Assembly (NCBI GenBank): GCA_907165135.1
Contig: OU015567.1
Location: 9,114,001-9,178,000, forward strand
Source: Oikopleura dioica
Taxonomy: Eukaryota; Animalia; Chordata
Direction: 5' to 3'
DNA length: 64,000 nt
The notes under the pieces are model-generated. The model searched no databases. It saw only the letters and a program-made list of their open reading frames with translations, and was not told the origin of the DNA. Positions within the stretch are counted from its first letter, which is position 1; every line of letters starts with the position of its first letter. The position numbers were made by a program, and so were the translations under genes. Positions 49,742 to 62,001 of the stretch are shown piece after piece.

Positions 49742-52089
49742 TCATTCTTCAGCTTTTTGGATTTCAATCGAGTAAGCTTGAGGCAGTAAATACCAAGTGT
49801 CTTTTTCCATTAAATCTTCGTTTGTCAGCGGAGCAAAAACGTTTGTTTTCTTATCATTGATTGCGCTCACGTTCGTTGTTGGATCAAAGAATCTGTTGTA
49901 TGCTTCCTTGTCGACAAAATATTCTTTTGTCATCGGAATACACAGTTTGATAGAATGTTGCGCCGTAGGCTGGTTGTTCTGAATGATGTATTCGTTGTTC
50001 TCGATTCGATCAAGGATCATTTGATGAAAGAAAACTCCGGAATGGCTTGAAGATCTGAATGCTCCAGTGATCGTAAGAGGTCGGACAAATGTGAAATTTT
50101 GATTCAAATAAACTAAAATTGAGTTTGATTGGAATGGACCCTAGGCCTTTTACCTTTTTCATAAACGAAACTACTGCCAGCAAGAAGATCCATACTCTTG
50201 AGGAAATCTCTAGAAATCAATCGACGCATCCACTCCCACCCGGCTTCATGAGCAAAAGTTTCCATCGCCATTCTGTCTAAGAGAGTCTCGATCTCAACCA
50301 ACTGAAATTTGTTTTCCGTCTCTGCTTTCTTCAAGCTGAGACCGGCCAAACTTCTCGGATAGACTCGCATAGTGATGAACTCCAAAATGAGTTGTATTGA
50401 AAACTTGTTCATGACTTTCTTCTTGAAGTACTCTTCTTCATTCTCAATAGCTTCTCGCAAAGCATGACGAATAAGAGTAGCGACTTTAGCAGGTTATTCT
50501 TTGATTGTGATAAAGAGAACTTATCTAGCTTCAAATTCAATTATTAAACCCCCTAACTGAAATCGGAACGCATAAGTTCGAGGTTTTCTGGTCGATAACA
50601 TCCTTTGTGACATTTGTAAAGTTAGTGTTCCTCGCTTTTGCGAGCCGATTTTTCAACTGGTTTACTTTGATCGATTTCGTCAAGTTTTCGTCCATCGTAT
50701 AAAGCTCCGAAGACTCTGGGAGAGAGATTACGGCAGATACAGCATTCATGTCATCATCGTTTACTTTCCATCGGTAGAATTGACCTCTGCCGAGCCAAGA
50801 TGCATTCGCTTTTTCCAAAAGTTTTTTGACATCTTCTTCTTCGTCCTCTTCGATTGGGTTGTAGATCAAGGTCCACGCAGTTTTCCAGTCGCAAAAGATG
50901 AAGAAAAAGAGTCGCTTGCTTATAGGAGCATCTTCTTTTCGCCGTCTTCTAGGGCCGCCGAGAATTTGATTGGTGCTGCAAAAACCTGGGGTCCCGGCTT
51001 CTATAAAGATGATCAGCTGACCGTTTTATTGGGATCAACTTACGTAAAGATTGAAAGTTCCGAAACTTGCTCCCTCGTCTTACGTAGCCCATTTTTCTGT
51101 AGCTTTCTCGACCGGAGAATTCTGTCATGACGCCAAAATCAATCCACTTAGGAATTTTTTTCTTCCCAAATAAAATAACATTCTCCAATTTTTGATCGCT
51201 ATGTTCCAGGTCAATTTTCCATAGATATTCTAAGCCGCCTTTGATTCCAAGAGCAATTCGTCTTCGTTCATCAATCGTAAGACTTTCGTTTTTCAAAGCA
51301 TTTCGTAGACTTTCAGCTCCTTCTTCCATGATTGTGATCCACCCAAGACAGTCCTGCATTTTCTTATCCGTCTTCAGAAAAATCTCAATATTCGCAAGAT
51401 GTTCGATGACATTTTCATGTCGGGGAACAATGTTTACACCGGTGTTTTCTTCGGTTCCAGCTTCAAAATCTTAAAACTCCAATCAATAATATGCGCGGGA
51501 AAAATCTTTACCTGATGACATATTTATTTCAAAGTGCATATCCTCGTCGGTAAAATTTCCGGCAAAAAGAAAAGGATCGAAACAATGAATCCGGAAGAGC
51601 GCATTGAGTTTGTCCGACTGTCTGCCTAAGATTGCTTCTCCGCCTTTATAAGATTAACCAATGCCTTTTTACAATTCAATATTCTACAATAGAATTTGAA
51701 TTGATAGAAAATGCCAATTTTAAGTTTTAAACTTTTCCTGAAGATAGAATGTTCTCATCAAAAAGCCATTTTCCAGTTTCTTCTCGAATATTCGACCGTT
51801 TGAACATCTTGCTCATCAAGTATTTGTTGCTCTTCAACAATTTGCATTGAAAATGCGTCGCTTGCCACGTATCCAAAACTTCATTTTTCCAGTTGAAAAT
51901 TCTCCCGACAATGCTCGAATCTTGAAACGAAAATTGACATTGAGACCACCACATAGCAAAATGATCGTCTTTGAAGGTCATTCGTTCGACAGACATGATT
52001 AGACGGCATTTGGGGACTCTGGTTGTCTCTCTTATCAATTTGGGTGTAATATCGTTTAGCCATTCCGCGATTGTCTCTTTACTTAGCAT
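49742..52089 (-). CDS. Divergent protein kinase-like domain fused to a C-terminal papain-like cysteine protease domain
   Basis: Kinase motifs SSG/GEA, HENVI, IMEEG, GLEYL, HSDQKLEN, IDFG, AGTPGF. C-terminal DQKTSNLC and HQMILDRIENNEYIIQN. Confidence 0.8.
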
Positions 52090-52136
52090 TTTGAAGCCTC
52101 TAAGTCATCGGTTTCTAAGGCGGTTGATTATCCTTT

Positions 52137-52779
52137 GATGATTTCAAAAAACTTTTTGTGGGGCCGGAAATCGTCAAAAATCTGTAAGTGCAGTTTTTTT
52201 CAGCTCGTCGAGACGAGTCGAATGATGGGTCTTACTCCTGATAACTGTCAGGATTTACCGGTTTACCGGCTGGTTACCGGAAAATACGTTGTCACCGGCC
52301 GTTTTTGTTCTAGAAGTGGTAAACAGATGATTGACCCAGGAAATTGTTCCTTATAGTCGGTTCTACTCTCGGCTGAAAGATGAGGCTCGTATCAATACTC
52401 TGAAGAGAGTTATCACAAAAACAGTAAATTTTACATGCATTTTGTTGTTGCTGCACGTTCCTGATTTTTTGTCCCATTTCTGCCATAAATAGTATTTTAG
52501 TGATAACTCTCTTCAGAGTATTGATACGAGCCTCATCTTTGAGCCGAGAGTAGAACCGACTATAAGGAACAATTTCCTGGGTCAGTCATCTGTTTACCAC
52601 TTCTAGAACAAAAACGGCCGGTGACAACGTATTTTCCGGTAACCAGCCGGTAAACCGGTAAATCCTGACAGTTATCAGGAGTAAGACCCATCATTCGACT
52701 CGTCTCGACGAGCTGAAAAAAACTGCACTTACAGATTTTTTACGATTTCCGGTCTCACAAAAAGTTTTTTGAAATCATC
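52137..52779. mobile_element. Near-perfect fold-back element (~280-bp TIRs, ~80-bp spacer)
   Basis: GATGATTTCAAAAAACTTTTTGTG... and ...CACAAAAAGTTTTTTGAAATCATC. Arms differ at only a handful of positions. Flanked by TTT on both sides. Confidence 0.92.
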
Positions 52780-52794
52780 TTTTGATTTCTGCAG

Positions 52795-53804
52795 ATCATC
52801 CGTAGGTTTGTGACTCATAAAGGCCTTAGCGAATAGGAAAAGATAGAAAAACAAAGAAATCACAACCAGATCAATAGGTATCAGTGATCTGATAACGCAT
52901 CACCCTGCTTTATTTTTGGATGCTGTTGTTGGATGGTTACTTTATCAAGATTGTTTCGAGAACTCCACGCCTACTCATGAGGATCCGATGATCAGATTGC
53001 GAGCAGGAGAGGCGAAAAAAAGCAGAGAATGAAAACCATTTTCGCTGTAGAAACCGGCCGACCCAAAGAACTGAGAGCTATCTTTCTCAATATCCCGCGT
53101 CAACCCAAGTCGCCATCATCCACTAGTGTAGAATCTACACTACACTGTAGATTGCACAATAAGCTGCTGGGGAGATGATGTTTTTTGGGTGAAAATCTCT
53201 GACCCAAAAGCCAAGTTCTCTGCAGTAAGTCTGGGCCCAAAGAATGGGCCTTAAACTGCTGGTATGCTCTACCATATGCTGCTCTACTACTTGAATCTGA
53301 CTGATATTATTTAGAACCTTGAGATCTGCAGATCATTGTTTCGACCATTCTTCACGATTTGCCGAGATCAATTCCGTCTTCAACGCTTGGGAGTGCGTTC
53401 AATTTTAGCTAGTCTTACGAAAGTAAATTATAATTCTAACGAAAGGCTGCTGGCACTTTGTGGCGCGACGTTGCCTGCACCTTCTGTGACCCCAACTCTC
53501 AGGAAGAAAAAGTCAAAGGGCTTTCTTTTGACGAGCGATTTGCATGGCTTTATCCCAGGTGCTACCACAACGGCAACGTTTGCGACGCGCACAACAAGCG
53601 AATCAAAGGCATGATGCCACACTTCTACATCAACGATATGGTTTGTTTCTCTATTCTAGCATCGATTTGATTTATTGATTTATCAATAAAAATTAGGATA
53701 GCGACGGCGATCATGTTGGAACCGTCGAGCTGCGACCACTCTTCGACATGGGAACTCGAGCAGGATACGATACCCACCATTCTATGGGGAACATCCGTGG
53801 CTAG
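52795..53804 (+). CDS. Unknown multi-exon protein; start not resolved
   Basis: Exons SCWGDDVFWVKISDP, ADHCFDHSSRFAEINSVFNAWEC, AAGTLWRDVACTFCDP...HFYINDM|DSDGDHVG...NIRG*, separated by short introns. Confidence 0.5.
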
Positions 53805-53994
53805 TCTCAAGTCTTCACTTTATATTACCAAGAACTCACTGTCACTCTACTATCTATACTGCAGCCCTTAATCTTTTCATTCAAAACTGGTTCCAAATAA
53901 ACATGATCTTAGGAAGCTTGCTTCAAGAATCGTTTATTTTTAGCAGGAGGCGCTTACGAATTTAAAAAAATTGAGGAGGTACAATAGACAGTTG

Positions 53995-54229
53995 TCAGGA
54001 AAATGCAATCTCGATGATGTTTTTCTAAAATAAAATTTACGAGTTTTCGACTGAATATATTTCTAATTTCTACCTGTAGCCTCAGATTTCTCTCGTGATG
54101 AATCCGCAACCAAATAATAAGAACAAAAATGACGAGCATAACAATTCCCGTGCAAAAACCAGCGATACGAGCATCGTTTATATCTTCAAAAAAGCGAATT
54201 TCTATGTTTCCACTGTTGTGTCTCGACAT
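53995..54229 (-). CDS. Small single-pass membrane protein
   Basis: MSRHNSG...IAGFCTGIVMLVIFVLIIWLRIHH...LQ|KNIIEIAFS*, with a canonical short intron. Confidence 0.55.
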
Positions 54230-54551
54230 TTTGAGATCGAAATTAGCAAGATACTTTGAAAAAAGTTCAGTAAAGCCACGAAACCTCGCAAAACCGAGCG
54301 AGAGATCTGCTTTCAATAGTTTTGTGGCCCTAAAAATAGGGATTTCTCAAAAATCGAAGCAATGGAGATGATGAAAAAGGAATCGATTTAAACTCCTTTT
54401 GAACTTCTCTAGATTTTATTTTATAAAATTTCTCTAGATTTGCTAATTTTGTCCTGCATCCGCCATTACTCCGGGCAAATTTCAACGAGCAATCCACGAA
54501 ATAAACAGATAAAAATCCGTTAAAATGGACCGTAAGATCAACAACAACACC

Positions 54552-54925
54552 ATGGCTGGTGTCTCGCGAAACACTTCTCGGGTGCTTGCTCCTCCAGGTG
54601 GACGATCGTAAGTACAAAATAAACTGACACTACTACAACACGTTTTTCAGAAACATTTTCTTCGGAGATGAATCTGCTCCTCCAGCCGCTACTGCAGCAC
54701 CAAAGGTCGAAGAAGTCGCCCCACCCGTCAGCGCTGGTCCCGCCAAAACTACAGCTGCTGAAGCGAAGCCTGCGGAAGGCGCTGCAAATCCAGCTGATTC
54801 AGGAAAGGATTCACATCATTAATTTGAGCTCTTCTAAGGCAATCAATGAATTGCATCCTTTTTTAGCCAGCAATTCCGCCGCCCGAAACAAGAACAAGAA
54901 TACCATCTCCCAGATAACTTTCTAA
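54552..54925 (+). CDS. JPT: Jupiter / HN1-like microtubule-associated protein
   Basis: MAGVSRNTSRVLAPPGGRS|NIFFG matches the SRVLxPPGGxS signature. Possible upstream in-frame ATG at 54525. Confidence 0.8.
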
Positions 54926-55604
54926 CCGTCCTTGAAAAAATGACTGCCTTTTCTCGCGAACACCTATTTTTATCACAATTGTACGAACTAGCCAGAATAA
55001 AAGCAACACATGAAACCACACAACTCGTGTTTTGGGCGTCAATATTTCTTTCATACCAAACAACATCTCTATTTTAGGCATATTAAACTAGACATGTGAA
55101 ATGTCTGCAAAAACTAGATAGATATTTTTACAGTTTCTTCCGGCAGCTATAAGTGCCCGACGGAAGTCGCCAGTATTAGCTTCTCCGCTACTTGAAATTC
55201 TCAGTCTTCGGAAATCCGACCTTTTTCAACCTTTTAATAATTTGATCCTTCATTGATAGAAATTTCAAAAGGCAAAATATCAGGACTCTCCACTGTCAGC
55301 ATTTTCTGATAGTCATTATCTTTTGTGTATTCTTATCATGAGAAATGTCCATGCTTCTTAATTTTCGAAGTAAACTGTTTCTGTTAAAAATGTGTAGCCT
55401 CAAATCAGGGGACGATAAAAATGCTCAAGCGGGTTGATATCAGACCGATTACTCGACTCTAGTGCCGACTGGTGCACGAAATCCCCCCTCTACAGATTTG
55501 CCGCCCCAAGCGCTGTTAGCGTGCTTCCCTGGCTTTTTTAAAAGTACGACCGCTTCGTTAGCATAAAACGACGATAATAGAGCTCAATTTCACATTTGTT
55601 TTAA

Positions 55605-56660
55605 ATGCGATCAACGTGGTTGATTTTCCTCTTCAAGGATAGCGAGGCAAATCCTTTTTGCGGGCCAGCGGCTTATTTGTAAGAGATCTACATCCGTTTT
55701 TTAAAGAGAGTTATGAGAAGTGTTAAGGCTTGCTGATCAAACTGAGACGTTGAAGAGTCCAAATTTCCCTAGTTTGTTTCCATCTCAAATTCAGTGCCTT
55801 TGGAATATTGAAACAGGTATGTGCTAAGTAATGTTTTTCATAATAAACACGCACGTTTACGTCAACGGAAAGGGGGTGAAATGAATTAAGAATAGATCAT
55901 TGAGTTCAATTAAAAAAATATGATTAGATGCTGGTAGCCGTATCAAAATTGAATTTGCTGATTGGGACTTGCCAATGTCAAGGAAATGTCAAACATAGTA
56001 GACGGGACTTAGTTTAACTTATACCTACAATACAGGTGTATCAATTTTAAAAGCTCCTGTGTTGACTCAATCAAAGACTCTCAAGTGCATATATGGATGC
56101 GCCACAGAATACAATGTGTACAGCTGCATATCTCCAATTTACCTATTTTGACTTTAAAAAACATAAAAGCGAGGTGAAAATATGCGGCGCGAACCCGGGC
56201 TTTATCATTTCGAACGGCCCACGTGTACAGGTAGAAGTCTAATCGACAACGAAAAGATGATCAAAAAATTTCGTAGATACAGCTTCATGGATCTGATGAT
56301 GGAAGAGGAGGACTTTTTCGACTAAAGCTTTCTCGAGCGCCAATAAATGCTCAACAGAGATTGCTCGCGACGGATGGAAGAAGCGTAGCGGAGAAAGTCA
56401 AGCCTAGACGACCTCAAAAGCCAATAGTAACTAGCTCAAGTTTTCCATCCGGAGGGTTTGCAACAGATACTCAATCAAATCAGCCGATGGAAAAGGAAGG
56501 CGATTCAAGTGAGCCGAAATCGAAACTTCCGGTCAAATGGTTCGCCATTTTGGGAGTCCTTTTTGGATTCATTGGAATAATTGTGCTAAAATCAAAAAAG
56601 AAGAAAACAACAACTGAGCCATCATCAGCGAACGGAGCTTCCGAAGAATCCGCCGCTTAG
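55605..56660 (+). CDS. Single CUB-domain type I membrane protein
   Basis: Signal MRSTWLIFLFKDSEA, then FCG...LKSPNFPSLFPSQIQCLWNIET|DAGSRIKIEFADWDL...KICG...ISNGPRV. TM WFAILGVLFGFIGIIVL followed by KSKKKK. Confidence 0.82.
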
Positions 56661-56756
56661 AAAATCTTAAACTGCCACACAAGAAAGAGCCTGATTTGTA
56701 AATAAACCTTATCCTGTAGCTAACAAAAATACGAACAATTTTCGGTCAATTTTATT

Positions 56757-56986
56757 TCATTTAGCAGCATTGAAAAATCCAAAGTCGTTTCGTTTAATTT
56801 TGTTGTAGAAAGGTCGCTCGTTTTTCCGGATTCCAATGGGCACTAGAAATGGCCCACTTCCTTTAAATCAAAAATTTTGACTAGAAGAAAAAATAGCTGG
56901 CTACCTATGTTTCCGCTATGAAATACTGAAGCGGCAACAGTTTTGTCGTTCACCAAAAAGAGACAAATTGCAGCTAAAAATTTCAT
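56757..56986 (-). CDS. Small secreted peptide precursor (55 aa, 2 exons)
   Basis: MKFLAAICLFLVNDKTVAASVFHSGNI|VPIGIRKNERPFYNKIKRNDFGFFNAAK*. TATAAAA ~55 nt upstream and AATAAA right after the stop. Confidence 0.65.
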
Positions 56987-57181
56987 TTTCCGATTTGACG
57001 ATTTGATGTCTTGAGTTTTTCGTTCTGACAACAAATGCTTTTATACGAAGTGAACTTGCTTAACTAAGTAGAAACATCGCGTTTAATATTCACTGCTTTG
57101 ATTTACAACTTCCAAGGACTTTGAAGAATAATTTATTGTATCATATAAAAACGGGAAATGAAGCACCAAATACAGTATGTG

Positions 57182-59852
57182 CTACAGAGAAACCAGCTTA
57201 TCAATAACTTTCCAGCTAGTTTTATTTAACCCTTCGGAGGTTTCAGGCAAAAGAGCTTTTTGAGGCTTCGCAGTTGCCCTAATTACTCTAATATTTCTCA
57301 CTCCCGGTGGGTACATTTTATCGTTGCTTGTTGTCAAAAAACGAAGGATCGATCCTTTGACTGGATTTCTAAAGATAAGCTGGTGTCTCTTTCCATTCTG
57401 AAAACTCGTCAGGAAGCTGTAACGCGCTACGCTCTTGAATCCCGTGTCAGTTTTTAGTTTTACAGAGACAGATGAACAGTTGTTGTCGACGAAGGAAATA
57501 CTGTAGATTCCAATGGAAGCGCCGAAATTGGCGTCAACGGTGCCATCTGAGCTTGTTTTTATTGTGTAACTGGCAGTGTTCAGCTTCTAAAAAGGATTAG
57601 TTATGATTTTGACTGAATTATCTTACCAAGGAAGATTTAGGCAGCATCTTTTGAAAGTTATGCGTAGCTTTTGTTAATTGAGCCCTGATTAGAATTACTC
57701 CAGATGGAAGTATTGAGTCCTTGCGTCGTAAAGTTGTTGACGATATTTGAAGTCGTATTTTGTGAGTGCTGCTGGAAGCTTTGTGGTTGTTGCGAGAGGG
57801 GAGTTTGATTGAGGCTGGAGTTTTGGAGCGCTTGTTGAAGTTGGCTGTTGTTTCTGAAATTGTGAGTTGGAATTGGTGACTTGAATGGAATTTTCATGAC
57901 GTGTTATTTACTGTTGATTCGCGCGTAAGGACTGTTTGCAGTGCGTGGATAAGAAAATTTTTCAAATGATAAAAAACTTACCTAAAAGAAGGATTGTTCC
58001 GTAGAATGGCGATCAGATCGTCTTCGGTGAGATTATTAACCCTTTGATTGACCAATTCTTCGGTGGGGACGCAGCACTCCTCGCACTCTTGGCAGTCACA
58101 GTCGCACAAAAAGTCTCCGCAAAGCTAGAATTTACTGTCAACGAATTAAAGATGTAAAACACCAGTAAATAAGTCTCGACCCGCCACATTCTACGAAACT
58201 ACTTAACCTATTTGCGGGTTATTTCAAACCCGCAGCAATCCATTTTGAATGAAGGAGGCTGTATCTGAATCTTAAAAACGTAAATCTCACACTTGAAAGT
58301 TCTGAAAGTGACTGTAACCCGGGGTTACTTCCTTAAAAAAGGAACAAAGGATTAATTCAAGTAATCTCTGTTTGCTGAGTTTAAACTCAGATTAGTATTT
58401 TTCTCTTCCTTGATTTCAACTTTGAAAATCACTTTTCTAGAGCTACTTACAGGTGGTGCTTCTGGATCAGTCTCGCAGCAGGAACAGCACCCTTCGCAAA
58501 CGGCAAACACTTAACAGCTGGTTACGAAAGACCTTTGCTTTACGAAATCCGCGAAAAAGAAAGACAGTTGGTGTTTTTCACACAATCGACGGAGGATATT
58601 GAATTTGATTAGGAGCCGCTCTGGAATAATGGAAAAGTGCACAATGGCGCCGGGCTCATATTTACACTTTTCTCGCGTTTTAAACTCAAGCAAATAAAGC
58701 GCCTCTGATAGTCGAGCATTTCCGGAAGGAAGGCGGAAATTAACCGCCAAAATTAAAACTGACAGTAAAGCGCTTGAGACTGTCATTAACTCTCTCGTAA
58801 CCCGTTCCGTCGCAGTTGGTGTCTTTTCGTCTCTCGAAGCAGCCACAATCTTCGCAATCCAAGCTCTAAACTGTCTTTACAAAATCTTGAAGAATAGAAA
58901 GTGATTGTCCATTCTCAAGGGTTCTCTTTTATCGTTCTAAGTGCCGGTTATTCAGCACTGGTTGTATTTACTTTCTAGCCACTGTAATAAAGGTGAATTA
59001 ATTCATCATTTTACATAAATGTTTTTGACTTATACCTTATATAAACAAATAAAGGTTTAAATTGGATGGTTAGAGTTGCACGCAATCCCATACGTACTCG
59101 AACATTGTATGGCTATTTCATTACTATTTATTGTCCATTATACGGAGCGTAATCGTGATTGATAAGTAAATTTACCTTGAGACAGGCAAAATCGCATTGA
59201 CAGCAAGCTGCAGGGTGACATTTGACATCAGGTCCGCTCCTGCCCAGACACATCCAAACAATCACTGCAATCACAAACAAATACGCCAAAACGCCCCCGA
59301 CAATGTACTGCAGATGGGTTCGGAGGGGGTTTTACTGTAATTAAATATTGACGTCTACTTTGCTCATCCTAAGTTATGACTTCCCAGAATAACTTATTCT
59401 GAACAAGAGACTAGCTAGACTTGAAATATTCAAAAGTTCACTTCGGATCGAATGAACTTTGTTGCTTCTTTGAAAGAATGATGATGATGGTGATGAAGAT
59501 TCATTATTAAATTTAAGATTATATGGAAGTCATTGATATTAATTCATCGGATGGGGATGGCTAAACAAGGGCTTGAGATAATATTCTGTTACCGTCGATT
59601 AGCAACTGAGTTTACAGTTGACATTTTTATAAGATTAACATGGTGACTCCCTTATGTTTTCTTAGGTGCACATAAAAGAAGCAAACAAAAATTCATATCT
59701 TTAATAATTTTTTACCCACGAACCCATCCCACTCTCCAGTCGCTCGATTCTCCTTCTGTGCTACTTGTCAGTACTTCAGCAAGCACAGTTGTCGTGTCTT
59801 CGATTAGTTTTGCAGTACTCTCTATTACAGTAGTACTTGTGGTAGTACTCAT
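57182..59852 (-). CDS. Unknown single-pass membrane protein: Thr-rich N-terminus, TM, Cys-rich juxtamembrane region, Gln-rich region
   Basis: MSTTTSTTVIEST...; YIVGGVLAYLFVIAVIVWMCL; CHPAACCQCDFAC; CEGCCSCC; LCGDFLCDCDCQECEECC. Exon connectivity is partly inferred. Confidence 0.55.
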
Positions 59853-61099
59853 GCTGGCATTTGAAAAGAGTCTCTTTTTCAAAGTTCGAAATTTCCAATT
59901 TCCTGATTCTCTTTCTTTCTAACCAGGTCGTCTTAGTAACGAGGGCAATTACGAGCTGCGTAAATTTACTTTTCAATTCTTCAAAGTCGAAAATCTTTTC
60001 TGAATAAATTTCTCGCCCCAGAGCGAGTTCCCGCTGAGAAAAGGCCTTTTCAGCCGCCAATTGACCAGAAAAAGACAATGGCAAAGAGCTTTTTTGGAGA
60101 TATTACTAAACTTATTTTAAATCCTAATAGGAAAAAACGCTTTAGGGGTTAGGGTTAGCAAGTGATGAACTAATCTTGATTAAAGATTCATTCCAATAGA
60201 TAAAAATTGTTCTTCGTGAGCAGTAGGTTAATAATTAAAAGGTTTATAAGCTGTTAGAAAGTAAGCATAAGCGGATACAAGCAGATCTTGTTCGACATAT
60301 TGTTTGGCAGATTTTTCTTGCAAGTTCAATGCTACAAGCCTGCTGGAACTAAAAAATTAATTCAATTGAAACTGAGAACGTCTGTTTTATTTGAGTTGAT
60401 GACTTCTCAAATCAGTATGAAAGATAAGAGTCGTTGACCGACAATTGTTATGAAAACGTGTCAGAAGAGATTTATTCTGTCTCACTTCCAAGATTAAGGA
60501 TAACTACCAAACTGCGGTGAATATTTATTAGTGTGCCATTTAAAATATTGATGGCTTAACAGACCAGGACAACGCGCCCGAGGCAGACTAGGAAATCACC
60601 CGCCAATCCAAAATACGCCTTCCAAGAAAAGGTTCAAAAACTTTTAACACGAGAAAATCAAGGAAGAAAAATCAAATGCAAATATCAATAGATGATGATA
60701 AGCTGGTTCCGCTTATTGTGCTCTACACTTCGTCCATATTCTTGATTTTGTAAAGGATTTAGCATGTAAAATTCTATGATTGATAAAAAAAGAGTTTTTA
60801 CTGATAAAAGTGAGAATAAAATTATGCTATTATACAAGTCATATTCAAATAAGTAGCAAATAGATGATTTTCATCTGAAGTCATTTTCGCTAAAGTACTT
60901 TTGACATAATTTAAAGTTCGTTTCAATAATTTGAAATGAGCTCATTTTGCGTTAACTTGAGCTCTTTCTTGTCGAATAATTTGTCTTATTTCGCAGAAAA
61001 AATAGTTATTTATGACACTTTTAGTTGTAAATAATTAAAGCGAGAATCGTTGCTAAGTCCTTGAAGATTGTCCTTTCCTACTTGGTTTTCCTTATGTAC

Positions 61100-61990
61100 G
61101 TGTGCCTGGCTCCCTACACTCCTCCTGAAATTCAGATTTGGCTATAGCCACCTTGTAAACCCTTTCTGTAGAAATAAATAATGCACATACTTTCGAATTC
61201 CTCAGGTTTTAATCATGGATTGATCAAAGCATTTTTGAAATCAACAACGACTCATCCTCGGCAAACAAATTAAATAACCCCCAAGCCGACAATCTCTTTA
61301 AACTTGGCAGATCTTATGCAAATCCCATGCTTTCCGTAACTTAATTCTAGCGCCAGGCACGTGCGAGATCCAATTTGGGACCTTTGAAATTAATAACTTG
61401 TAGAAAAAGCGCACCATGTGGTGTTTTTGCTCCCAGAATAAATTTTGCGATGACGCAAGAAAACCAGATTAGTATTTTATTGTTTATTTCTGTGTGTGCG
61501 GCGGAGTTTGAGGAGAAACACGCGTTCTGGAGCGGAACTACACCAATACTCGCCCTCGTCAGATTTTGATACAGCGGAAATCGTGTACACAAGATTTCCA
61601 TTATCTTCTTGCTCAGCAACTTTTTGCGGCTTTTCGAACATTTTCGTTATTCAATTAAAAAGACCTTAAAGATTGGATTATTTCCAATAAGCCGCTTCCT
61701 AGTCTCGCTTGTCCATTGAAAATCGCCTCGTCTGATCGCAAACATGAAAACGAAAAGCTCCGCCCTTGATGTCGCTTTACCGTCGTCTAAACACCATTAG
61801 AATACGCGCACTCACACTCGCGCTGGATGCTGCCTATTTGGCATCAAACTCAGGCTGAGTCTCAGCGGCTATTTCCACTTGCGTCAGATAAATAGACGAT
61901 TTCACGATAAATTTATTATTTTCCGATGTCACTTACGACTTCGCGTTTTGGGCCTTGACGAGCGTATTTGGTAAGGAGCATCGGGAAACA
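61100..61990 (-). CDS. Immunoglobulin-like domain protein (partial model; ends uncertain)
   Basis: TTVKRHQGRSFSFSC (~61740-61785) and NLVYTISAVSKSDEGEYWCSS (~61530-61595) give the Ig B- and F-strand motifs. Confidence 0.6.
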
Positions 61991-62001
61991 GTCCCCGCAA
62001 G

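Noticed and set aside
60142-60158. TTAGGGGTTAGGGTTAG telomere-like repeat
   Set aside because: Fewer than three units; too short to call interstitial telomeric DNA.
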